A stretch of 64,000 bases of DNA from Isurus oxyrinchus (taxonomy: Eukaryota): NCBI GenBank assembly GCA_026770705.1, contig JANJGN010000036.1, forward strand, positions 1,116,001-1,180,000, written 5' to 3'. The translations under genes were made by a program, and so were the position numbers. The notes under the pieces are model-generated. The model searched no databases and was not told where the DNA came from. It saw only the letters and a program-made list of their open reading frames with translations. Below, in pieces: positions 51,701 to 62,800 of the stretch. Position 1 is the stretch's first letter, and every line of letters starts with the position of its first letter.

Positions 51701-52856
51701 ACACATTTAATTATCATCCCAACTTCACCATAGTCTCTGCATACAAATGCACGCTTTCAACATGTCTATCTTCCATCATTCAGTTCCCACAAAAGACAAG
51801 ATTTCTTTACTAACATTACCCAATTTAATTACCCACGAAATCGCACACACACACAGCTTTCTTTATAGAATTTCACCTTGTTCCCAGAAATATAGCAGCA
51901 TCCAGCTTCAGGTACAAAACTCCACCCATTCACCTTGTTTCCCCAACATTTATTACGCCTACGGCACAAAATGTATGGCATTCTAGCTTCACCAGCTTTC
52001 TGGGGGAGAGAGATCCAGATTACCACTCCACCTTCCACAGCACCTCTTCTTCAAGACACACTACACTCACGGTAAATTTCTGACATTTAGGCTCAAATTT
52101 GAAAACAAATCAAAAGACATTGTTTAAAAGTCAAATTGAACTATTACAAGTTTCCTGAATCACTGCTAGTGTTGCTCTCCCGCTTTGTTCTAATTCAGTA
52201 AATGATAGAACACATCACATCTCAGACAAAGAAACCCCCAGAGAACAGCATCTCAAGCCAGGACTGATATTGTCAACTCGGGAGAAAATGTAGTTTTATC
52301 CAGGTGGCATTTAATTATCATTTAATTTCTAATTAATACAAACTTCTGGTGCATCATTTTAAGCGAGGAATAATTCATTTTATTTACATGCAGACATTTG
52401 CCAAGAAATGAACGTCCTGTCAGTAACTGGAGTTACAGAATCAACAGCAAAAGTCCAGAGCAACTAAAGCAAGCCCTTAGTCTTTGCTGAACATTTCTTT
52501 CACGCTTCGGTTACATGATAACGGTGGGATATCCTTAACAATACTCAAAATAACGTTTACATTTAGCAAAATGAGGCATCCCTTGAAGCTCTGGTGATTG
52601 CGTGGGGAAATGTATTTGTTTCATGGGAATCTCCATGGCTCCACGTGGGTTCTTTGGCAAATCCTTCCAACTCCATAATTCATCAGAGAGACAAAGGCCA
52701 GATTCTCATCTGCGACCCGCCTCCTTTTTTGACCTTTTATCCAATGCAGCCAATTCCAGGGAGGTGTAGATACATCTGCCTTGAGTCTGGGAGATAATGT
52801 AAACATTAGTAGCGAAAAGTAGTTCAAAGGTAAGTAAGATTATCGACTCCTGAAAA

Positions 52857-55074
52857 TAAGCTGTCCAGGAAACTGGCAGAAAGAAGATCCCCCGAGGTTA
52901 GAGAGCACAGTATATCTCTGGTCTCACCAAGGAGAATGCTGAACTCTATTGGGAATATATCTCCATGTATGAATCTGACACCTTCTCAGAGGAAACAATA
53001 TCTACCAGTGAGAGGGTGATGGTAAGTATCTTTCAAAAGCGTCAGAATACCTGGGACACCTACATAGAGACAATAGGTCTTAAAAAAAAAACAGCATGAA
53101 GGCACGGTCTCTCATACACAAACTTGGAGGAGATCCAAAGAAAGCTGTCCAACACACAAATGTGTCTGCTAAGCAAGTTGCACACCAGTTGCTCCTAAAT
53201 GGAAAAATAAACAAAAAACAACGAAGAGCACAACTAGATAGGAAGAAGTTCAGCGATGACGAGAGCTGGAAACTGGTCTATCTAGTCGAAAACACGGGAA
53301 AGCAATTGGTCTTGACAACATAGCAACGGAGCAGGTAAAACATTTTGGACAGCAAGCAAAGAAATGGCTCCGACAATTGTTCAACCACTGTCTGACAACA
53401 CACAAGCCACCTAATATTTGGCAGAAGGCACATGTAATAGCACAATTAAAGCCCGGGAAAGATGCCTCATTTCACTCTTTTGCCACACCAATAAGCTGTT
53501 TGAACGCCTGATACTCAATAGGATAGCACCAACTCTATATGAGAAGAGCATTCCAGAGCAAGGAAGTTTCCACCCTGGAAATTCAGCAAAAAACCAATTG
53601 GTCAACATCACATGACATATCGAAGATTGTTCTGAGCGAGGTGCTGTTTTTATAGGTAAAAACAAAAAAAAACTGCGGATGCCGGAATTCGAAAACAAAC
53701 ACTGAATTACCTGGAAAAACTCAGCAGGTCTGGCAGCATCGGTGGAGAAGAAAAGAGTTGACGTTTCGAGTCCTCATGACCCTTCAATAGTAGACCTGTC
53801 AGCAGCATATGATAGAGTGAAAAATGGAAATGTCCTCTGCAAGATTCTGGAGATGACAAAAGATATCCACTTAAAAGAGCTTTAAGAAGCATGCTTCAAA
53901 ATCGCCACTTCTATGTTGAACTAGGTGGGAATCGCAGCAGGTGGCGTATTCAGAAGAATGTTCTTCCTCAGGGAAGCGTGCTGGCATCGCTGCTGTACAA
54001 CATCTGCATGAATGACGAACCTAAAGACAGTGTCACACGCCGTTCTATATATGCTTATGACTGATGTGTCACTGCCCAAAGCACTGATTTTAACACCGTG
54101 GAGAAAACACTTTCTGAGTACTTGGAGGGACTAATATCCTACTATGAAGAAAACTACCTTCGCACAAACCCATCATTTGCATTCCACCTCAGAAACCGAG
54201 AAACCGAACACTAGCTTAAAGTAACCTAGTGTAGAACAACACTGATGCATTGCGAGCACCCTATCTACTTAGGGATCACCCTTGACAGATGCCCCACCTT
54301 CAAGATCCATATCTAAAAGACAAAAGCAAAAGATAGCGACCGAAACAACATCCTAAATAAGCTCACTAACACAAATTGGGGAGCAAGCTCGAAAACATTG
54401 GGAAACAGTGCACTTGCTCTTGCTATTCGACTGCTGAATATGCCTGCCCTGCATGTGAATGCCCCATTCATGCTAAGAAGATGGATGCTGTTCTGAATGC
54501 AAGCTTCCTACTTATCTGAGTTTTTTCTTAAACCATCAAGCACTGACGGGTATCTCAACCCCTGATATAAGCAAGAAAGAGTGACTCCGTCAAACTTCAG
54601 ATGAGAGGCACCCTCTACATGGTCATATACCTACAGCCAGCTGCCTTAAGTCCAGGAAGAGCTCCATGAACAGTGTGGTTCCATTACAATTAACCGCATA
54701 TGAAGCCCATATCGCCTTGTGGAAGGACTGGCTCGCCAGTCTCGAACAACCCCCAGTGATGGAAATTCTACCAGATAAAAACCTTCCCCCAGGAGCTAAT
54801 TGCAACTGAGCAACCTGGAAATGTCTTAACAGACTTAGGGCTAGTGCAGGTCGTTCAAAGGTGTCAGTAAGCAAATGGGGATATAGCAGCATCCCGAAAA
54901 CTTGTCAATGTGGAACTGAGCCACAGGCTATGCAACATTTCCTGCAATGCCTATCGCTAAAGGAACCCTGCACTGTTGCAGATTTTGCCGAATTCAACAA
55001 GAAGGCTCAAAAATGTTTCCAGTTCTGGTTGCACCATGTATCGACTGTCCGTGGAACTGATAAGAAAGACCCAG
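52857..55074 (+). mobile_element. Degenerate non-LTR retrotransposon, I-group (Vingi/Ingi-like), 5'-truncated
   Basis: RT motifs KLFERLILNRI, GAVFI/DLSAAYD, LPQGSVLA, YLGITLDR, YSTAEYACP, WKCLNRLR and a C-terminal CQCG..H..C finger. Flanked by the direct repeat tcctgaaaa (52848-52856, 55075-55083). Confidence 0.8.
53656..53790. mobile_element. Penelope-like terminal fragment nested inside the LINE RT
   Basis: 'ctggaaaaactcagcaggtctggcagcatc..gttgacgtttcgagtc' family sequence; it splits the RT motif GAVFI|DLSAAYD. Confidence 0.7.
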
Positions 55075-58000
55075 TCCTGAAACCACGTTTCTTAGAATCA
55101 TGGAATGTTGCAGCACAGAAGGATGTCATTCTGCCCATTGCATCTGTGCGAGCCCTTTGAAAGAACGATGTAATGACCCCGACTGTACTCTGCTCTGACC
55201 CCATATCATTGCTATCGTTTCACCCTTCCACTATTTTTATAATTCCGTCTTGAAATTTGCTATTGAATCGGTATGCATTGCCCTCCACACTAACTTGGGG
55301 GAAGTTCTGCTTCATTTGCATGTAAAATAATTGTCTGAATTGATGTTCTGTAATGGAGCTGCAGAATTCGGAAAGCAACTGGAAGTCACCAAAGATTAAT
55401 CAGAAAACTGAGATGATGAGTCTATCAATTTGATTGAGTTCCTTTGCTGTTAATTGGCCAAACCAATTACTGTCTTTCACCATGTGCCATCTACATAATT
55501 GAGTGGAGTCCACAGAATATATTACATTCAGAAGGATGAAACAAACACAATCAAAAGACTTGTGTTTATAGTGTGCCTAATACGAATGGAAGAAGCCCCA
55601 GAACATTTGCATCCACTTCCTTGAAGTGTAGTCTCTGTTCTTAATGCAACAGGGCAGTGAATATACGTACAATATGATCCCATAAACAGCAATGATTTAA
55701 TGATCTAGATAATTTAATTTTACCACGCTGGCTGAAAGATAAAATGCAAAACGGGACACCACTTGTTAAGTGCATTCAGTGTGGAACTTACCTCTATTTC
55801 ATTGCAGGATGCATTACCTGAAATGGGCGGTTGAGGTAGGATCAAAAATAACTTTCAGAAGAGAAATCACATTCTAGCTTGAAGAGGAAAATGTGACAGT
55901 ATTGTGAAGGAAAGGGTGGATCCAATGGGATAACTCTTACAAAGTGATAGCAGAGGTACGATGGACCGAAATCCCTCTTTCCACATCTATCATTCTAGGA
56001 TTCTATGATGTGATGGAGAAATATAAGACAAGTCCAGAAATTATTCACAAGGACAAGTCTACACTTGTGGCTAAGGTAAAGCTAACTAACTTTGACCTAT
56101 TTATAATATAGGTATCTAAACTTTAATACACAGCCTGCAGGTTCTGAGAATTAATGCATTTCTCCAATTGACTCTAAAGTCGAAAAAAAGCCTGCATTGA
56201 ACAGATCGCCGACTCACCTGCCCCTGCCTCTGTTGCTTTGGGGAACGACACACTTTTCGTCCAATATTTGCCTGGAGGCCCCAGTTGAACAATACAAGTA
56301 CGGACATCACCAGTTTTCTAGGTTCCCCTAGACACTATGACGTGAATTCTGATGCTCTAGGTCCAGCTGTCTTCATTGTACCAGGATCGCTCGTTCCCTC
56401 GGTGACCAGGCCAGAAATATTCCAGAAAACCACAATCTGGTTGGAAGAAACTCCACTGACAAAACACACTAAGGGAACGATCTCCCTCCAATGCAGCTCA
56501 CCCAGTGGAACGAACATTCGCACAGCTGGCTTGTTGTTGGAACTGCCTGGACAGAGATTGAGACATATTAACGATTAACCTCCACCAAATGATAATGCTG
56601 TGCATGATCTGAATTTATTTCGCTTGCTCTCTTACTTCCAACCAGTAGTGTGGCGCAATTCTGGATTGCTTCATAGCCATCCATATCAGCCCAGTCCTAT
56701 GAACCCGAGTCATTCACCTGGGCATTGCGAATTTACAGAATCAACACATTTTCGCTGTGGCCCTTTTTGGAAATAAAATTACATTTGGCCCCCTGACTGG
56801 AGTGGCTATCGATTAGTTTCGGAGCTTCATCCACACGTTCTTTGTACCAGGAATAGCTAGACACCGGTTTCAGTTTGGAAATGAAGTGAGAGGTTAATTC
56901 CACCATCTCTCCAACTTCAGCTGTCATTATGTAGGGTCTCTGAGACAGCGAGGGCTCGGATTCTGTAACTAGTGAGATTATTGATATATTACTATTGTTT
57001 ATTTGGAGATTGAAAGCAGCCGCTTTAAAGGTCTTCACCTGTAATTTTACAAGTTACATCATTGTCTTTATTTATTGGTGGTTACATGAAGTCTCCAAAT
57101 TGATTCCTTCGCTTTGTCAGAGGAACCAATAAATAAACTCACATCAACAGTTCAATTCCCTTCACCTGACCACTGGGTCCCATTTTCAGCTTTGCAAACA
57201 CTGATTTTTGTTGATTCTAGTATAAATATTTCAGCTGCCTCCTACTCACCGTAAACGCTCAGCACTTGGAAAATGAGCATCTGAAATAAAGTTTCCTGGG
57301 ACATCTTGACACGGTGATATCTCCTTTTCTCTGCTCCCATCAATTTGTTTCTGCAGGCGGAGTGGCCGCAGACTGATCTGTGCTCAGTCCCAGTGAGTTG
57401 ATCCCCCTTCAGATGCGATGCAATCTATAATGAGTTATGCTGTGGAAGGTATGAGACCATTTTGGGTGCGCTGTCCTGGTGAATGTCACATACATTTGAC
57501 ATACTGTGGTCACCGTCTGTGCATTACAGCAGTCAAATGACAGCATGCCTATAAAGAATTTTGTTGGGTGAAAGTTCGGCTGGTGGGGTGTGCGGGGCAA
57601 CAGAAAGCAAACTGTATGAATGAATGCTGAATATTGCAGTTAAATACTGATTCAATCTCGGGATGTCAGAATTGCTGGCAAAAGCAGCATGCATTGCCCA
57701 TCCCTAATTTCCCCTTGAGAAGGTGGTGGTGGTGAGCTGCCTCCTTGAACTGCTGCAGCGAATGTCGTGTAGGTACCCCCAAAATGCTGTTAGAGAGGGA
57801 GTTCCAAGATTTTGACCTAGCGATAGTGAAGGAACATCCGATATATTTTCAAGTCAGTGTGGTGATTGATTTGTTGGGGGCGGGGTGTGCAGTGCGGAGG
57901 CGGGGGTGGGGGGGATGTGGGGACGGGTGGTATCGGCGGGTTTGGGGAGTGGGGGCGCTTGCATTAATGGTGTTCCCATGTATATGCTGCACTTGTAATT

Positions 58001-59678
58001 GAAGTTTGCAGTTGTGGCAGGTTTGGAAGGTGAACACCAGGAATCCAGAGTGTTATGTCAATGTGCTCAATATAATTCATCCTGCAAAGAGTCTGTGCAA
58101 GATTCATGACAAAATCTTGTTAAGACAGAGACCAGAATATATTGAATGAAATGTATGCGATATGATTTGAATTTTAAAAACTAGCATCTTATTTGACATA
58201 ACGCAAATTATGCAGAAATCTAAACTGGAATTCTAATGGAACAAAAAGAGCCATTCACAGCACTTATCGGGAATCTAAATGAAGGAAACTCTTTTCGAAT
58301 TTTGTTCTAATTCTAATATGTCCCAGCACCGTCCTCCTTTCTATTAAGTCTCACTCAGCAAGTTTACGATTCACTTATTGTACAATATAAAACGCCATTA
58401 GCGATTGATCTGAATTCAGTGTTCTGAATTCATTGCAGAATTCATTTTACTAATGATTTATTGATTAACCCCGTGAAGGGAATATCAAACAATCATTCTT
58501 GTTGAACATTGTATTGTGCTCTGAGCGCGTTTACAACAGTTCAATGGAAAATTCACTGCAGTTATCAATTTAAAATTGCTGTTAATCTCCTTTGTTGTTA
58601 CAGTTTACAGAGTTACAAAGAATTTGCAGCACAGAAATAGGCAATTCGACCCGAATGCTCGTGCACGTGTTTATGCCCCGCACGAGCTTCCTCCCACTCC
58701 CACTTCATCTCAGCCCAACAACATATCCTTCTATTCATTTCTCCCTCACATTTAATCCAGCTTCCCACTTAAATTCAAATCTGCAAGAGCCTCATCCATT
58801 GCTTGTGGCAGAGTGTTCCACGTTCTTCCCAAAGTCTGGATAAAGAGGCTGCTCCTTAATTCCAGATGGATTTATCTTATATTAACGACCCCATTACGGA
58901 GGACCATAGGAACACAGGGCTAGGCCATTGGGCCCTTCCAGCCTGCTCCACCATTCAAAAAGATCATGGCCGATCTGGTATTGGGCTCAACTCCACTTTC
59001 CTGTCTGCCGCCCATAGGCCTTTGATCCCTTGCCGAACAAAAATCCGTCTAATGCGGCCTTGAAAAAATTCAAAGGCCCATCCATGACTACTCTCTTGGG
59101 AAGAGATTGCGACACACTAACGAACCTTTGGGCGAAAAAACATCTCTCACACTCTGCCTTAAAATGGAGACCTTTATTTTTGATCCAAGCCCCTCGCTTT
59201 TGCTACAACAGGTATCATTCTACGGGTATCCACCCTATCAGGACCACTCAGGAACTTCTATGTTTAAATAAGATCACCTTTCATTTCTCTAAATCCTAAT
59301 GGAAATTCCTGAGTTCACCGGGATTCCCGATTAGATTTAAAGATGTCAAATATTGCTGAAATCCTGCTGAAGTAGATTTACCTTCATTAAGTCTGCCAGA
59401 ATAAACATTTTTATAATTTTAAAGACTTCGACAGATAATCACTCAATCTTCCACTTTTTCAGAGATAAGGGTCCAAGCCGGTTCATTCTTTATTGATAGT
59501 TATAAGCTCTCAGTTCTGTGATCATCCTTGTGAAATATTAACTGCACCATTTCCAGGGCCTCTGTATCATTTCTAGGAAATGCAGAAATGTTCTGTACTC
59601 CAACTGTGGCCTACCTAATGTGCGCACGTACCTGCAAAACAGAGGGTGAGTGCGTGGCAGCATTTTGAGCTGTAAGAG

Positions 59679-59692
59679 ACAGGAAAACCACA
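59679..59692 (+). promoter_or_regulatory. ETS-RUNX composite motif upstream of B/C leaders
   Basis: acaggaaaaccaca lies ~175 nt upstream of the B3 ATG. Equivalents occur at 37058-37074, 7258-7273, 21633-21650 and 45653-45670. Confidence 0.5.
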
Positions 59693-59866
59693 CAGAGCTG
59701 TCTACCTCGGAACCATTTTCCAACCCCTATCATGTATCTATGAATAAACACAGAACGCTATTCAGTCTGCATGTTTCACACGTAATTCACACCGAGAGAA
59801 TGAGAGCGAGTTCTCAGTGAGATTCCGATCAGGGGCTCAGAGTCTGACTGTCTGAAGTCACGGACA

Positions 59867-62800
59867 ATGAGCTTCCTCGCTGTTTGTGCATTGTCCCATC
59901 TCTTCCAGGGTAAGATATCTTAAAATGTTCAGATAGAGTGCAGAAGGGTTGGCATGGAGTAAATTAGTAGAAACACTTTCCACTGGCAGGAGGCCTGGCA
60001 AACAGAGGGACACAGACTAAAGAGAATCGGCAGACAAGCAAAAAGGCAGAGGCGGTGGGGGGCGGACGAGAAGAGTTTTCTTAACTAAGCGAGTTGTTGT
60101 TATCTGGAAGGCTCCGCCTGAAAAGGCGATAGAAGCAGATTGAATAGGGACTTTCCAAAAGGAAATTAGATAAATAATCGAGAGGGAAATATTTGCAGGG
60201 TTATGCGGAGAGGAGCAGGGTCAGAATGGGGGATAACTGGTTAGGTGTCACAAAGTGCCAGCATCCTGAAGGGTTGAATGGCCTCCGGATGCACTGCACA
60301 TGTTTAGAAGATGCAGTTTAATTATGAAGTTCATTGTAAAAATGGAACAAATGTAGTCAATAACGTGGGAACTGTTAATCCGTGAGGAACAATGAATGGA
60401 ATTAATCAGAAATCTAACCCCCCCCCGGGACAAAAGATGTGAGTTAGCTCCATCGACATTATTGGCGATTGAGAAGAGGCCAGAGGTTCAAATGGATCAT
60501 TAGAGTGAGATATAATCTCTGGAACAAAATAAAATGCCCAAAGTTAAGGAGAAGAACAGAAAACGAAGCGAGGATGAGAGGAAAATAAAACAGGCCGAAC
60601 ATTTAGATTTGAAGCAGCTCTCTTAAGTTATTAACTTCACACAGTTCCGATTTGTGTATCCCAGTGATTAAACGAGGTTTACTGCTGAATGGGCTCGTCC
60701 TGTGCCCTTGGAAACACAGGAATTAAACGGTGCAAACAACCGTTTGCTCGTGACTTATCGATATGAACTATATATTTTGTTTAAATTTATCTGCCTCCTC
60801 CCTATTGGGGTGTATTCGCCGGAGACTTGCTTCAGGAGAGAGGGTGTGCGAGTGCGCATTTGTGGGTTCCACCATAAGCTGAGGTGACTCTTGTTCATTC
60901 CTCTCTCACTCAGTTATTGTGTCCCAGCCCGTCTTGTCCCAGTCTCCACGCATTCAGACACTCCCTGTGGGGAGTCCCGCTAAACTGAGCTGCCACACGG
61001 AGAGCTCCAAACCTGGAATCATCTTCTGGTCCAGACAGCGGGAGCGAAACGAAATGAAGCTGGTTTACACAGTGCATAAGCAAATCCCAGCAGAAGGGAG
61101 GTTTTCCAGTGAGATTTCTGAAAAAGCGGGATTATATTCACTGCTCATTGCGGACACCCAGAGAAATGATACCGGAATGTATTACTGTGCCATGAACAGT
61201 CACCAGAACCAGAATATAATATTCGGAAATGGCTCCCAGTTAGTGGTTACAGGTAAATTTCATAATTATTCCAGCGAATTGAACATTTTTGGAGCAAGTA
61301 AAGATGTCTACATTGAACTGTTAATGGGTTGTCTGTTCCATTTGCCAAATCTAGAGGACTCCCCGACCATATTCCTCCTCACCCCGCCAGAGGATGAGAT
61401 TCCTTTGATGGAAAGGGTCCCGTTGCTTTGTTTGATCAGAGGCTTGTCTCCCGATACCTTTCCGGTTCGCTGGAATGTTCCCACAGGGAATGCCGGGGGA
61501 CAGAGTGATTCCGGAACAATTGAGACCGACGGGACCTACACCATCAGGAGTTACACCAGCCTTTCAGCCGAAACTTGGAGCAGCGGCGCTCTCTGTACTT
61601 GCGCCATTCAGATCAACTCCAGTGAAAATCTTCTTAGTACAAGTGTCTCATCTCAAAGAGGTAGCTGCTAACAGTGACCGTATACGTACCTATTTAATGC
61701 TGATGGGAGACTTTGTCAATTTTGTAAATTTGAATTGTACATCTTCCTGTGTGTATCCATGTGTAATGATTTTATCACTGGCCTATCACAGATCTCTCAA
61801 TCTTTCAGTGTTGAGCTTTCTGAAATTCTAAGTCCATCTGTTCTCTCCAGACCACAGAATTATGGATGCTCAGTCATTGAGGTAGATTTTTGTGCACTAA
61901 GGGAATAAGGGATGTGTACAGGGCAGGAAACTGCATTTAATGTACAAAATCAACCGTCGTCTTATTGAATGGTGGAACTCATTGAGGGGCCGAATGGTCT
62001 CCTGCTCCTATATCTTGTGTTCATGTGTCTGTCTAAGCATATTGATATGGTTGGATGCCACCGGATAATTTGTCAGTGTGTAATATTGGAAAATATGATT
62101 ACATTCCCAGTGTACCACTTTCTCTCACCATGCCTGTGTAAAATTATCTATTCATATCTCTGCCTGCTTAACATTCACGATATTTCTTGATGTCTTAGTT
62201 AAACAGTGAGGTATAAGATATCTTCACTATCTGCGTGACTATCTGTTGATCTGTTTATCCATCTCTCTTGCTCTGTATCAATCAATCCATTCCTGTCCTC
62301 GTGCAGTTTAAGATAGCTGATATATTTGCCTGTCTGACAGTCTCTCTCTCTCTGCCTCTTTCCCCAACTCCACATCTCTGTATTTACCGGTTCCTCTCGC
62401 TGTTTATCTATTGACTTTGTGTCTGTCTCACGCTGTCTTTATCCTTTCTTACATGTATAGATATATCTTTCTAAAAGACTCTATCTCTGTTTATTTGCCT
62501 ATTTCTATCCCCGTTAAATGGTATGATCTAAGCGATCTGTGGCATTCATCTATCTTCCTGTCTCTTGATCTGTCACCATCTTTCCCTTTCTCTATTTTTC
62601 TCTCCCTGTCTTTATCGTGCTCTTGCTCTATCCTTTTCTATCCAGTTAAACAGTTTGTCATAGTTATATGGACTTCCTATTACACTCTCTTCATCACCCA
62701 ATCTCTCTCTGTCCAACTAGCTCTCGATCCAACTCTCAATCCATCTCTCCATCCATCTCATACTCCAATTCTCCCACTCTCCTAAACTTCCGCTCTCGCT

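Larger units (their letters stand above)
52706..57304 (-). pseudogene. Gene A3: A paralog pseudogene
   Basis: Leader 57304-57250. V 56962-56636 has TAA/TAG and has lost both canonical Cys. C1 56546-56218 has a 1-nt deletion. TM and the middle cytoplasmic exons are absent. Last exon 52786-52706 reads TQGRCIYTSLELAAL.. A LINE is inserted in the intron. Confidence 0.85.

Noticed and set aside
60914-61660. Rearranging TCR or Ig light-chain locus
   Set aside because: V and J are in one exon, no heptamer-spacer-nonamer was seen, and paralogs carry TM plus ITIM-like tail exons. The isolated cacagtg sites (~13509, ~31302, ~61068) lack a matching nonamer.
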